From Candidatus Binatia bacterium (GTDB lineage Bacteria > Desulfobacterota > Binatia > Bin18), in contig OY761159.2 of NCBI GenBank assembly GCA_963664395.2, forward strand, positions 2,688,001 to 2,752,000: DNA of 64,000 bases, written 5' to 3'. Position 1 is the stretch's first letter; each line of letters opens with the position of its first letter. Positions 1-10,244 of the stretch are shown piece by piece. The position numbers and the translations under genes are program-made. Below the pieces are notes generated by a model. That model saw only the letters and a list, made by a program, of their open reading frames with translations, made no database searches and had not been told where the DNA came from.

Positions 1-198
1 AAGGGCACGTGGCATAACGCGCTGACCCTGGGCAAAGAGTGCTCTTTTATCAATGTGACCCGCAAGAACGAGGGCGAAGGGAACAGTCCTGCCGGTGAGC
101 TGGAGGGCAAGATCGAGCAGGCCCACGCCGTGCGGTCGTATGTCGAATTCGTGGACATGCAGAAGCGGGACGGGCGGGTGATTGAACTCGAAGTATAA
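1..198 (+). CDS. 3' end of a gene cut by the window edge; possibly ureidoglycolate lyase-like (cupin) protein
   Basis: Frame 1 is open from base 1 to TAA at 196-198 (KGTWHNALTLGKECSFINVTRKNEGEG...VIELEV). The GTWH motif recalls AllA-like proteins. Not in the ORF track. Confidence 0.4.
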   Translation, partial: KGTWHNALTLGKECSFINVTRKNEGEGNSPAGELEGKIEQAHAVRSYVEFVDMQKRDGRVIELEV

Positions 199-208
199 GG
201 AGCGGCCC

Positions 209-496
209 GTGACGTATAAGATCATCTCTGCCGACTCCCATATGTGCGAGCCGCCGACGCTGTGGGTGGACCGCATAGACAGACGGTTTCGCGACCAGGC
301 ACCCCGGGTGGTCAAAGATCCCGGCGATAAAAAGGGCCACTTCTTCATGTGGTCCACCGATTATCCGCACCAGGCCTCAACCTTTCCGCACACCCAGGAG
401 ACATTGGAGAAAGCCTTTCAGGATGTGCCGGAAGCAGATAAACACAAGATTACACGCGATAATGCGTCGAAGTTATATGGATTGCCAGTGGAGTAG
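209..496 (+). pseudogene. Amidohydrolase_2 family gene with a large in-frame internal deletion
   Basis: AAGGAG RBS then GTG at 209. The N-terminal motif ISADSHMCEPPTLW joins directly to the C-terminal MWSTDYPH...DNASKLYG. Only 95 aa; family members are usually 300-400 aa. Confidence 0.75.
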
Positions 497-501
497 CGCG
501 T

Positions 502-1757
502 ATGCAACACAACGGAAACGGCAGCAATGGAACCACTTTTTCCTGGCCGATAGAAGGCGGTGCGCGGGTGCCGTATCAGGTCTTTTATGATCCTGACATT
601 TACACCCAGGAGCAGGACAAACTCTTCCGCGGCCCCATCTGGAATTATGTGGCGCTCGAAGCGGAAGTGGCGCAGCCGGGTGACTTCAAATCAACCTTTG
701 TCGGCGATACGCCTATTGTGGTCACGCGTGACAAAGAGGGCGGCCTGAATGCGTTCGTGAATCGCTGCGCGCACCGGGGTGCCATGGTCTGCCGTGAACT
801 GAACGGCAACCGGCCTGTCCGACCCATACCTGCATCTACCATCAGTGGAGCTATGATCTCAAAGGCAATCTGACTGGGGTGCCGTTCAAGAAAGGCATTG
901 GTGGCGTCGGCGGCTATGGCGAGGATTTTGATCGGTCCGAACATTCGCTGCATAAACTCCGCGTCGCCGCGTATCACGGTCTGATCTTTGCCTCGTTCAG
1001 CCAAGACGTTGAACCGCTGGAGGACTATCTCAGTCCGCCCATGCGGGAATGGCTGGACCGTCTTTTTAATCGTCCCATCCAGGTCCTGGGTCACACCCGC
1101 CAATGGGTGAATGCCAACTGGAAGCTGTATTTTGAAAACGTCAAAGATCCGTATCACGCCAGCCTGCTGCACATGTTCCATGCCACGTTTGGCCTGTACC
1201 GTTCGTCGCAAGAAGGCGGGGTCATTATGGACGCCCACTCGCGCCACGACGTGCTGCACGCCAAGCCGCGGGCCGAGGAAGATTTATCGGCCTATGAATC
1301 CGGGCTGCACAGTTATCAAAAGGGCTATCAGCTCGCTGACCCGTCCGTGCTCAAAGGGCGGCCCGAGTTTGACGGCCTCTTTATCCAAACCATCTTCCCC
1401 TGCCTTATTGTTCAGCAGATTGCCAACACGCTGGCCGTCAGGCAGGTACTGCCCAAAGCGCCGGATCGGTTTGAGTTGATCTTTACGTATTTCGGCTATG
1501 AAGACGACGACGCGGAAATGCGTGAGATTCGTCTGAAACAGGCTAACTTGGTTGGTCCGGCCGGCCTGATTTCCATGGAAGACGGCTATGCCGCCGAGAT
1601 TGTCCAGCAATCGGTGACCGGTGATCAGAGCGCGACCTCATTTGTTGAAATGGGGGGAACCGAGGTCGCCGACGAACAAAGCCTGATTACGGAAACCGCC
1701 ATCCGTGGGTTTTGGGGCTATTATCGCGACACCATGGGCTTTCACGCTGGCGCGTAA
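502..1757 (+). pseudogene. Rieske aromatic ring-hydroxylating oxygenase alpha subunit (anthranilate dioxygenase AndAc / salicylate 5-hydroxylase-like), frameshifted near 814-818
   Basis: ORF 502-873 carries NRCAHRG. The second Rieske half-motif HTCIYHQW lies in the frame of ORF 879-1757, which also has NWKLYFENVKDPYHASLLH (mononuclear Fe). Removing CCTGT (814-818) restores CxH-x17-CxxH. Confidence 0.85.
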
Positions 1758-1775
1758 GCGGGGAGGGTGAGGGCC

Positions 1776-2270
1776 ATGAGTGGCATGAGCGCTATTGAAA
1801 CCCGTTTTGCGGTCGAAGACCTGTTGTACGCCTATGTGGCCTGTCTGGATCATGACGAACTCGAAGACTGGCCAAACTTTTTTGTCGAAGAGTGCCTGTA
1901 TCAAGTTATTCCCTATGAGAATGCGTCGCAGGACCTGCCCATCTCGCTGATCTATTGTGACAGCCGAGGCATGTTGCAGGACCGGGTGACCGCCTACCGC
2001 ACGGCCAATTATTATGCGCCCCATCTGTACCGCCACGTGGTCAGCGGGGTGCGGATCCTCGGTGAAGACAACGGCGTGATTACGGCCCATGCCAACTACG
2101 TGGTGCTCCAGACCCACCTGGACCCGGTCGATTACGGCAGCACCGAGGTGTATAGCGCCGGCGAGTATCGAGACAAAGTGATCATCAACGACGGGGTTGC
2201 CAAGTTAAAAGAGAAAATCGTTGTGGTTGACACCAGTCGGATTTCGTCGCTGCTGGCGACGCCGCTGTAA
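1776..2270 (+). CDS. Aromatic ring-hydroxylating dioxygenase beta subunit (AndAd/NagH-like)
   Basis: YVACLDHDELEDWPNFF...CDSRGMLQDRV...LLATPL; directly follows the alpha subunit. Confidence 0.85.
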   Translation: MSGMSAIETRFAVEDLLYAYVACLDHDELEDWPNFFVEECLYQVIPYENASQDLPISLIYCDSRGMLQDRVTAYRTANYYAPHLYRHVVSGVRILGEDNGVITAHANYVVLQTHLDPVDYGSTEVYSAGEYRDKVIINDGVAKLKEKIVVVDTSRISSLLATPL

Positions 2271-2285
2271 GGGGCCTGCCCGCGG

Positions 2286-2990
2286 CTACTCAAACTCCTG
2301 CGCCTCTGCGTCGGTAGTTCGGGGAGAATGGTGTACCGCCCGCTTTCCGGCTCCCCAGACGATGGCCACTGAGAGCACGCTCCACAGTCCGGCCCAGATA
2401 AAAGCCGGCACCGCAGTCAGCTCTGCCAGAATGACCGCGTCTGTCCGTGCGCCGATAAAGAGGAAATCCGTGAGGTCATACACGGCGTACAGCGAACTCG
2501 TGACCGCCAGGATGTCCACGATATAGTGCGTACCCGGAAAGGGCCGGCGCGAGAGTAAAGCAAAGGTCAGGGCGGTCCCGCAGCCAAACAGCAGCCCAAA
2601 GCCATTGCGCACAAAAACGAGCGTCACCAGCCCAAAGAAAACGGCCAGTCCAAAGAAGATCACCGAAGCCCACTCGTCCCGGGTTGAGAGCAGGAGCAGC
2701 AGGCCGCCAAAAAGCGCACTGCCGATATAGCCGGCCGCGGCAATGAACAGCGAGTTGCCACCGATATGCTGGACATAGCCCGACTGCCACGGTGTGACCA
2801 CCATGGAGACCACCTGTCCGCCGGTGAGCAGCGTGGTGAAGGCATGGCCCGCTTCGTGGATAAAGACCACGAAAATTTTAATCGGATAGAGAAACGGCGT
2901 ATGCCAGAAGAGGAGTGACACAAAACCGATGGTGAGGAAAACCAGCAGTTGGCGCAGGTTCAGTGGTCGGCGGTGTTGACTGTCGGGCAT
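2286..2990 (-). CDS. M50B-like intramembrane metallopeptidase
   Basis: PIKIFVVFIHEAGHA (HExxH), AAGYIGSAL, TDA motif, multiple TM segments. Start moved to the ATG at 2990 because the longer ORF overlaps the next gene. Confidence 0.8.
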   Translation of the reverse strand: MPDSQHRRPLNLRQLLVFLTIGFVSLLFWHTPFLYPIKIFVVFIHEAGHAFTTLLTGGQVVSMVVTPWQSGYVQHIGGNSLFIAAAGYIGSALFGGLLLLLSTRDEWASVIFFGLAVFFGLVTLVFVRNGFGLLFGCGTALTFALLSRRPFPGTHYIVDILAVTSSLYAVYDLTDFLFIGARTDAVILAELTAVPAFIWAGLWSVLSVAIVWGAGKRAVHHSPRTTDAEAQEFE

Positions 2991-3158
2991 CGGGCTGTCG
3001 TTCCCCAGCGGTTCTCGGAGAGAATTCCTTTGATATAGCCTGAGGAGAGGTCCGCCGCTAGTGATGGACACACTCCACACATGCCCACTGACCAGATCGA
3101 CTTTGCGGTCTGACACGGATATATCAGGGAAATCTCGGGGACGGCAGAAAGGACCAGT

Positions 3159-4025
3159 ATGGACTACGGAATTATCTTGCCTCACTTCAGCGCCTTTGCG
3201 CATGAAAACTCGGCTGAGCGGATTTTGACCGCGGCCACCACCGCGGAAGCGCTCGGCTATGGGACGCTGTGGGTGGCTGACCACGTTGTCTTTCCATCCA
3301 AGATTGAAGGGAGTTATGCCTTTAATCCCGAAGATCCCTTCCTCGACCCGCTGACCGTCCTGGCGGCCCTGGCGTATAAGACGACAACAGTCAAACTCGG
3401 TACCGCCGTCCTGATTCTTCCGTACCGGCATCCCTTGGCCGCAGCAAAGGCACTTGCCACCATTGATGTCTTATCCGGTGGGCGTACGGTTGTCGGCGTG
3501 GGGGCGGGCTGGTTGGAACAGGAATTTACCGCCTTGGGCATGTCGATCAAAGAGCGTGGAGCCCGCACGAACGAGACCATGGATATCTTTAAGGCGGTCT
3601 GGACGCAGGAAACGCCGGCGTTTAGCGGCAAGTATTTTCAGTTCGCGGATATTAAATTCCTTCCCAAGCCGGTTCAGCAGCCGCATCCGCCCATTCTTGT
3701 CGGGGGGATGACCACCGGCGCACTGCGACGCATAGCGCGTCGCGGCGACGGCTGGATTGCCATGGGTAAGGGACCGGATGATATCAAAGAGCCTTTGGAA
3801 AAGTTGCGTGAATTGACCGCCCAGGCCGGCCGCAACCCGGACGATTTACAGATTTGTATGCTACCGCTTGGTGCGCCGAGCGTGGATCAGTTGATCCAGG
3901 ACATTCCGCGTTACGCAGACTTGGGGGTGCATCATGTGTATCTGTCGTTCCGCGCCTGGACGGATGAGTTTTCCGAACTCATGCGCCTCATGGAACACTT
4001 TGCGACGGAAATGCAGTTGGCCTAG
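3159..4025 (+). CDS. LLM class, probably F420-dependent, oxidoreductase (Rv2161c-like)
   Basis: AEALGYGTLWVADHVV, LGTAVLILPYRHP, PKPVQQPHPPILVGG. Confidence 0.85.
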   Translation: MDYGIILPHFSAFAHENSAERILTAATTAEALGYGTLWVADHVVFPSKIEGSYAFNPEDPFLDPLTVLAALAYKTTTVKLGTAVLILPYRHPLAAAKALATIDVLSGGRTVVGVGAGWLEQEFTALGMSIKERGARTNETMDIFKAVWTQETPAFSGKYFQFADIKFLPKPVQQPHPPILVGGMTTGALRRIARRGDGWIAMGKGPDDIKEPLEKLRELTAQAGRNPDDLQICMLPLGAPSVDQLIQDIPRYADLGVHHVYLSFRAWTDEFSELMRLMEHFATEMQLA

Positions 4026-4043
4026 TACGGAGAAGGAGAAACC

Positions 4044-4760
4044 ATGAGTGACCAACCTGTGAGTGACCAACCTGTGAGTGATAAAAAGTGGCCCGTTGAA
4101 CATCCTGACCGCATTCAACTCTATTCGCTGGCAACCCCGAACGGCCAGAAGGCAGGTATCGCCCTGGAAGAATTGGGGCTGGCGTATGAAGCCCATAAGG
4201 TGAATATCCTGGAGGACGATCAGTTCGCCGATGAGTTCATCGCGGTGTGTCCGAACTCGAAAATTCCAGCCATGGTTGACCCCAACGGGCCGGGCGGGAA
4301 ACCGCTGTCCATCTTTGAGTCCGGGGCCATGTTGTTATACCTGGCGGAGAAGACCGGCAAGCTGCTGCCGTCTGATCCACACCGGCGCAGCGAATGTATC
4401 CAATGGTTGTTCTTTCAAATGGCTGGTGTCGGACCCATGTTTGGGCAGTTCGGCCACTTCTACAAATTCGCCAAAGAGAGAATTTCGTATCCCACCGAGC
4501 GCTATACCAATGAAGCCCGGCGACTCCTGGGCGTGCTGGAAAAACGCCTGGAAGGCCGAGCGTTTTTGATGGATGCCGAATACACAATTGCTGATATTGC
4601 GACCTTCCCGTGGGTCGGCTGCCTCGACTGGGGTTATGGGGCGCGTGAGGATTTGAAGCTCGACGCGGACTTCCCACACGTTGTTGCCTGGTATGCACGC
4701 TGCACAGAGAAGCCGGCTTCGGTGCGGGGTGCCAAGGTATGCGGCTTTTCGGACGACTAG
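4044..4760 (+). CDS. Glutathione S-transferase, YfcG/YghU (Nu) type
   Basis: LYSLATPNGQK, PNSKIPA, FESGAMLLYLAEKTG, QWLFFQMAGVGPMFGQ; AAGGAG RBS. Confidence 0.88.
   Translation: MSDQPVSDQPVSDKKWPVEHPDRIQLYSLATPNGQKAGIALEELGLAYEAHKVNILEDDQFADEFIAVCPNSKIPAMVDPNGPGGKPLSIFESGAMLLYLAEKTGKLLPSDPHRRSECIQWLFFQMAGVGPMFGQFGHFYKFAKERISYPTERYTNEARRLLGVLEKRLEGRAFLMDAEYTIADIATFPWVGCLDWGYGAREDLKLDADFPHVVAWYARCTEKPASVRGAKVCGFSDD
4045..4081 (+). repeat. 15-bp in-frame tandem repeat (TGAGTGACCAACCTG x2.5) at the gene start
   Basis: Encodes MSDQPVSDQPVSD. Confidence 0.85.
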
Positions 4761-4764
4761 ACGT

Positions 4765-4953
4765 ATGGAAACAGACAGCGGACCTGACCTTGTAGTTGAT
4801 ATCTTTGTTGACGGGCGGCTGGTAAACCCGAGTGAGATTCCGGCCGTGGCTGTCCGCAAGATTGAAACGTCGGCCTTAGCCTCCGAGTCCGGCACGCTGA
4901 GGTATGAAGACGTTGTGTACGAGTGGTCTACGCGGCCGTGTGTGTACCCGTAG
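4765..4953 (+). CDS. Small hypothetical protein (62 aa)
   Basis: ATG 4 nt after the GST stop; fills the gap to the next gene; METDSGPDLVVDIFVDG... Confidence 0.45.
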   Translation: METDSGPDLVVDIFVDGRLVNPSEIPAVAVRKIETSALASESGTLRYEDVVYEWSTRPCVYP

Positions 4954-4976
4954 CTGCCATGTGGTGAGGAAGAGCC

Positions 4977-5426
4977 ATGCGAAAAAATCTACGTCCCGAA
5001 GACCTTGGCGATTTCTTGGATCAGCCCAAGTGTGCGACCCTGGCGACGCATTTCAAAGACGGGACGATCCTGATGTCACCCGTCTGGCACGAGTGGCAAG
5101 ACGGTGGGTTTACGGTTGCGGTGGCGAGCGAGGATATTAAGACTCGTCACATTCGGCGCGATGCGAAGGTGAGTATCAGTGTGGCCGAAGATAGCGCTCC
5201 TTACCGAGGTATTGAGGTGCGTGGGGCGGCAACCATCGAGCGGGCGGACGCGCTGGAAACCACTCGTCGTATCGCCGTGCGCTATCTGGGACCCCAGCAG
5301 GGGTCGTCCTATGTCGAGGCCTTCCGCGAGGCTGACTTGGTGCTGATCCGAGTCAAACCGGGCGTACTGCGGGCCTGGGATTTTGCTGACGAGACAGAGT
5401 TAAGCCACGACCCGCCGGGCGGCTGA
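4977..5426 (+). CDS. PPOX class (pyridoxamine 5'-phosphate oxidase-like) F420-dependent oxidoreductase
   Basis: ATLATHFKDGTILMSPVW, KTRHIRRDAKVSISV, PYRGIEVRG. Confidence 0.85.
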   Translation: MRKNLRPEDLGDFLDQPKCATLATHFKDGTILMSPVWHEWQDGGFTVAVASEDIKTRHIRRDAKVSISVAEDSAPYRGIEVRGAATIERADALETTRRIAVRYLGPQQGSSYVEAFREADLVLIRVKPGVLRAWDFADETELSHDPPGG

Positions 5427-5458
5427 GCGTAGCCTCAGCCGACACCCCAGCGCTTGTC

Positions 5459-6895
5459 TTACTTTGCCACTGATGCGCTGGCCGCTGGGTGACTGCTTGG
5501 CACGCTCCGGCCCGTACCTGTCACGGCGTCGAGCAAGGATTGTCTATGCAGGGCCGCCGGATGCGGCCTGCTGAGCCTTGGCCCTTTGCCGTACAGCTTC
5601 TCGCGCAAGGTGCCTTCCTGATATTCCTTTTGCATACGACCGCGCTTTTGCAGGACGGGAACAACACCGTCGACAAACTCCTCAAACGAACCCGGCGTGG
5701 TGGCATAGGCCAGGTTAAACCCGTCCACCCCAGCGTCTATCCAGTCCTCGAACTGATCGGCAATGCTCTCGGGCGTACCCACCAGAACCGGACCGGCGCC
5801 ACCAATGCCGACATATCTGGCGAGGTCTCGCATGGTCCATTTACGAGTGGGATCTCCCTCAGTAAAGCTGTGCACCATGGTACGGATTGCATTTGTCTCG
5901 ATATACTCAAGCGGCTGATCCGGTTCAAATTGTCCAAAGTCGATGCCGCTCCAGCCACTCAATAGGGCCAGCCCGCCGTCATAGCTGCACTGCTCAAAAT
6001 ACTCTTCATAGCGTCGTTTGGCCGCGGCTTCGGTCTCACCCGTGATCACTTTCATATAGGCAAAACACAGGATGTCCTCTGGGTTCCTGCCGTTCTTGCG
6101 AGCGATCTTGCGGATATCCTTAATATACTGGCCATCGACCTCAGGCTTTGAGCCAATGACAAAAACAGCTTCCGCATGCTGCGCTGCAAAGGCACGACCA
6201 CGATCTGAGGCACCAGCCTGAAACAAGACGGGCGTCCGTTGCGGGGAGGGTTCGGCCAGGTGGCAGCCCTCGACCTTATAGTATTTACCTTCATGCAGGA
6301 CATCGTGGACTTTGGTTGGGTCGGCGTAGATACCGCGCGCGACATCTTTGAGTACCGCGTCATCTTCCCAGCTCGTTTCCCACAGTTTGTAACACACGTC
6401 GCAATACTCATCCGCCATATCGTAGCGCTCATCATGATCGGCTAAACCGGCCTGGCCGTAGTTTCGGCCTGCGCTTTCGAGATAGGAGGTTACGATATTC
6501 CAAGCTATCCGGCCTTTGGTGAGATGGTCCAAGGTGGAGATGAGGCGAGCAAAAGTGAACGGGTGGTTTTGGATGATAGAACTCGTAAAACCAAAGCCGA
6601 TATTTTCTGTGGCATAGGCCATGGCGGGGATGAGCAGCATGGGGTCGTTGACCGGTATCTGGGCGGCTTCGGTCAGCGCGGCATCCCGGTTGCCTCGAAA
6701 CACATCGTACACACCGAGCACGTCGGCCAGGAATATGGCGTCGAACTTCCCCCGCTCCACCAGCTTGGCGAATTCGACCCACTGGTTGAGATCGGTGTAC
6801 TCGGTCATATGGTCATCGTCGCGCACCCATAGACCAGGGGACTGATGGACCACACAGTTCATATGAAAGGCGTTGAAATAGATGCGTCTCTTCAT
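5459..6895 (-). CDS. NtaA/SnaA/DszA family FMNH2-dependent monooxygenase (LLM)
   Basis: ERGKFDAIFLAD, LDHLTKGRIAWNIVTS, PSPQRTPVLFQAGASDRGR, GTLREKL; start MKRRIYF. Confidence 0.9.
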   Translation of the reverse strand: MKRRIYFNAFHMNCVVHQSPGLWVRDDDHMTEYTDLNQWVEFAKLVERGKFDAIFLADVLGVYDVFRGNRDAALTEAAQIPVNDPMLLIPAMAYATENIGFGFTSSIIQNHPFTFARLISTLDHLTKGRIAWNIVTSYLESAGRNYGQAGLADHDERYDMADEYCDVCYKLWETSWEDDAVLKDVARGIYADPTKVHDVLHEGKYYKVEGCHLAEPSPQRTPVLFQAGASDRGRAFAAQHAEAVFVIGSKPEVDGQYIKDIRKIARKNGRNPEDILCFAYMKVITGETEAAAKRRYEEYFEQCSYDGGLALLSGWSGIDFGQFEPDQPLEYIETNAIRTMVHSFTEGDPTRKWTMRDLARYVGIGGAGPVLVGTPESIADQFEDWIDAGVDGFNLAYATTPGSFEEFVDGVVPVLQKRGRMQKEYQEGTLREKLYGKGPRLSRPHPAALHRQSLLDAVTGTGRSVPSSHPAASASVAK

Positions 6896-7091
6896 GGATT
6901 CTCTCCTTATAGAAAGCCGAAAAGCTGGACGGCGGGTTTCCCGCTCAGACTCCCGGATAGCAGAACACAAAATCAGAGGAAGGATGGAAGTGTCAAGTAG
7001 AGGAAGCCGCCTTGCCATATGAGGCGGGCGGGCGATATGATTCACGATCAAATCTGGGGCGGCACCTGCTCACAGCTTGGAAGGAAAACGT

Positions 7092-8111
7092 ATGGTGAGA
7101 GTTACAGCACCGGCTACCGGTGATACTGGCAGTGTGGGTCGGCTCAACTACCTCGACTCATCTCTTCACAGTTCGCTCTACCGCAACGGCAAAGTGCTCC
7201 TCCGCCGCGATGCGGACGGCAGCGACAGCGGCATGGAGGGGATCGTCTTTGATGAGCGCCAGATGACGGTCCACAACGCCCGATTGCTAGCGGAAAAGGA
7301 TGGGCAGAATGGAAAGGCGCCCCGCAGCCTTGAAGCAAACGGTTTTGAACTGCTGAGCTGCCCCCTTGCGCGTCCGGACCCCGACTTCTTCGATCATCAG
7401 GAAGTCGTTCAGGACTACTACCGCGAATGCGCCCAGATCGTCAGCGCGGCGACCGGGGCGGCCTCCGTCATGGCCTTTGACCATAATGTCCGGTCAGCCG
7501 CGGGCAAGCACAGCCAACGACGCATTCGCGGCGGGCAGCAGGTACAGGGCCCGGCCTCTATCGCCCATGGGGATTATACCCTGCGGAGCGCGCCGGAGCG
7601 GTTGCAACAACTCGCCCAACCGCCCGGTGGTAACGATACGCTGCGCTCGGTGCTCGACCAGGGACAGCCGCTCATTGAGCCAGAAAAGGCAGACCAAGCG
7701 CTCGCTACGGACGGACGCTTCGCAATCATCAATGTATGGCGCAATATCGCCGCGGAGCCGGTCGCGACCCATCCCCTCGCGTTATGTGACGCGCAGAGCG
7801 TGCATCCCGAAGACCTGGTGGTATTCGAGATTCACTATCAGGACCGGGTGGGCGAGAACTATTTTTCTAAGCACGCGTCACGCCACCAGTGGTATTACTA
7901 CCCGACGATGACCCGCGATGAGGCCCTGCTGATCAAGCAGTGGGATTCGGCCGGGTCGCTCGCCCGTTCAGAGGGCCATCAAGCCGATAGTGACGACACG
8001 CAAGCGCCGTGCACTTTCAGCTTTCACACCGCCTTCCAGGACCCGTCTACACCCCCCGAGGCGCCCGAGCGCTGGAGCATTGAGGTCCGCTGTGTCGCCC
8101 TGTACGACTGA
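7092..8111 (+). CDS. CmcJ/NvfI/AsaB-like Fe(II) oxidoreductase
   Basis: AFDHNVR, HGDYT, INVWRNI, PLALCDA, WYYYPTMTRDEALLIKQWDS, HTAF, RWSIEVR. Confidence 0.8.
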   Translation: MVRVTAPATGDTGSVGRLNYLDSSLHSSLYRNGKVLLRRDADGSDSGMEGIVFDERQMTVHNARLLAEKDGQNGKAPRSLEANGFELLSCPLARPDPDFFDHQEVVQDYYRECAQIVSAATGAASVMAFDHNVRSAAGKHSQRRIRGGQQVQGPASIAHGDYTLRSAPERLQQLAQPPGGNDTLRSVLDQGQPLIEPEKADQALATDGRFAIINVWRNIAAEPVATHPLALCDAQSVHPEDLVVFEIHYQDRVGENYFSKHASRHQWYYYPTMTRDEALLIKQWDSAGSLARSEGHQADSDDTQAPCTFSFHTAFQDPSTPPEAPERWSIEVRCVALYD

Positions 8112-8153
8112 ACTGCGGCAGATGAGAACGGACTGCGAAGAGACAGGCCGCTC

Positions 8154-9371
8154 TCATTGCGTCTGACGAAAATACTCCCGTGCCCGGTCTTCGGCGTTTG
8201 TTTGCACAAGAAAGGTCAGCAGCAGACTGCTGCCCAGGGTTGAGGCGACCAGCGCATAGGACAGGGCGGTGTAGCCGAGGTGGGCCACCGCCAGCCCCCC
8301 GATAGCAGCCCCAACCGCATAACTGACGTAGCCGCTGCCGGATAACACGCCGGTCACTGTTCCTCTCTCTGTTCCGCCTACCTCTATGCCGACGACAAAG
8401 AGGAGCGTTGCCAGCGGCATAGTGAGCACCATAAACACGCTGGTGATCGTAACGGTAAGCCACAGGCTGTCGTCCAATGCAAAAGTGGTCAGGCCAGGCA
8501 GGGTCGCGATGAGGGTCGTGGCCGCTGCTATGGACAAACGCCTTCGGCTTTTCCCTATTCTTCCACCCAGAAAGAGTCCGCAGGTTGTTCCGAGGGCAAC
8601 AATGGAAACAGGCAGGGCGAGTTCTGCGGTGCTGAGGTTATACGTCACTTGGAGGAAGGGGGGAAAGAAAGTCAGGATGAGCCCGTAGGCAGTCCGGACG
8701 GTGAGGTTGGTGAACGCCAGCAGCCAGGTCACAGAACAACGTCCAACCCGTCTGAGGCGGATGCCAAGAGTGAGCAGCTGTCGCTGTGCGGCACTCGCCG
8801 GCGTATAGAGAAACAACGGAAGCGTGCATAACAGGATGGCGCCACCGATAGCAAAAAAAGCAGTCCTCCAGCCCGCATATGCAGCTAAGAGCGTAACAAG
8901 CGGCACGCCGATAACACTACTCAGACCCGGCTGTGTCGTGACTACGGCGACGCCCATGGCTCGTTTTTCAGGAGGCAGGAGGTCGCCGAGTAACGCAATG
9001 CACGTAGGTGGTACCATGCCTCCACCCACGCCGGCGAGGATGCGGGATACTGCCGCGCTAGGGAGATTCGGAGCCAAGGCCGTCCCGATTGAAGCCAGGC
9101 CGACCAGCAAGGTGCCAGCCAGTAAAACCGGCTTTCGGCCATACGCATCGGAAAACGGGCCAACGACAAGAGCGGTTGCAGCCCAGGCGACAGCGGCCGA
9201 GGTGACGAGTTGAGCGACGGCCGGAACTGTTGTGTGCCAATCGTGCGACATAGCGATCAACAGCGGCCCCAACATGCTGAGCGCGGTCAATACGGCAAAG
9301 ACCGTACATCCGATTGTGATAAGAAACAGGGGCGTATTGACGGGGTGGGTCGGTGCTGACGAAGTTGGCAT
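8154..9371 (-). CDS. MFS transporter
   Basis: About 12 hydrophobic segments; motif A GPFSDAYGRKPV. Confidence 0.88.
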   Translation of the reverse strand: MPTSSAPTHPVNTPLFLITIGCTVFAVLTALSMLGPLLIAMSHDWHTTVPAVAQLVTSAAVAWAATALVVGPFSDAYGRKPVLLAGTLLVGLASIGTALAPNLPSAAVSRILAGVGGGMVPPTCIALLGDLLPPEKRAMGVAVVTTQPGLSSVIGVPLVTLLAAYAGWRTAFFAIGGAILLCTLPLFLYTPASAAQRQLLTLGIRLRRVGRCSVTWLLAFTNLTVRTAYGLILTFFPPFLQVTYNLSTAELALPVSIVALGTTCGLFLGGRIGKSRRRLSIAAATTLIATLPGLTTFALDDSLWLTVTITSVFMVLTMPLATLLFVVGIEVGGTERGTVTGVLSGSGYVSYAVGAAIGGLAVAHLGYTALSYALVASTLGSSLLLTFLVQTNAEDRAREYFRQTQ

Positions 9372-9486
9372 GGCTAGGTGTGACGAATCGCGCTATCAGT
9401 TTGCTGTGGACAGAGCAAGACTGAGAGCGTCCGGTTTGATGCTGTCATCGCTTGCCTGACACAGGCAGCCTGGGAAGAGAGTCGGC

Positions 9487-10209
9487 ATGGCAGAAAAAGT
9501 CTGTATTGTCACTGGTGTTGGACGGGGAACAGGGCAGGGTGCCGTCCGTCGGTTTGCCGCGGGTGGCTACCGGGTTGCCATGCTGGCCCGCAATCGAGAA
9601 CGCCTCACCCAGTTTGAGCAGGAGATTGCAGGGACCGCCGCATATCCGTGTGACATCAGAAATGAAGCGGAAGTAAACGCCACGGTTGCGGCCATTGCCG
9701 AGCAGCTTGGCCCCCCGACTGTCTTGATTCATAACGCCGTCAGTTTTGATGCGATCTTCGGCACCTTCTTGGAGATCGACCCGGCGAGTCTTCAGCACAA
9801 CTTTCAGGTCAACACCATGGGGCTGCTGTATATGGCCAGGGCGGTGACACCGTATATGCTTGAAGCCGGGCAGGGCGCGATGCTGGTGACGGGCAATACC
9901 GCGTCGAGACGGGGCCGGCCGCAATTTGCCGCCTTTGCGCCCACCAAAACAGCCCAGCGTATTCTCACCGAATCCATCGCCCGAACCCTGGGCCCGCAAG
10001 GCATACACGTTGCTTTTCTTGTGATTGACGGCGGTATTGATATGCCGTTTGCACGCGCATTGCTCAAGGACAAACCGGACGACTTTTTCATTAAAACTTC
10101 AGCCATTGCCGACACCATCTGGAACATCGTCCACCAGGACCGCTCGGGCTGGACGTTTGAGCTTGATATCCGGCCGTTCGGAGAGGAATGGTCGCACGGA
10201 AGATGGTAG
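9487..10209 (+). CDS. Short-chain dehydrogenase/reductase
   Basis: TGVGRGTG, HNA, TGNTAS, FAPTK (FxxxK variant of the catalytic motif), GIHVAFLVIDG. Confidence 0.85.
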   Translation: MAEKVCIVTGVGRGTGQGAVRRFAAGGYRVAMLARNRERLTQFEQEIAGTAAYPCDIRNEAEVNATVAAIAEQLGPPTVLIHNAVSFDAIFGTFLEIDPASLQHNFQVNTMGLLYMARAVTPYMLEAGQGAMLVTGNTASRRGRPQFAAFAPTKTAQRILTESIARTLGPQGIHVAFLVIDGGIDMPFARALLKDKPDDFFIKTSAIADTIWNIVHQDRSGWTFELDIRPFGEEWSHGRW

Positions 10210-10244
10210 GCCGGCAAGCTCAGTAATCCGGAGAAGAGAGGCGG

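Noticed and set aside
811-880. Programmed ribosomal frameshift in the Rieske gene or the M4 protease
   Set aside because: No slippery heptamer or homopolymer at either site; simple indels restore the canonical sequence.
2991-3431. N-terminal extension of the 381-aa M50 ORF (also the extensions of ORFs starting at 7051, 31919, 35901, 44946 and 54161)
   Set aside because: They overlap neighbouring genes or promoter regions; family similarity begins at downstream starts.
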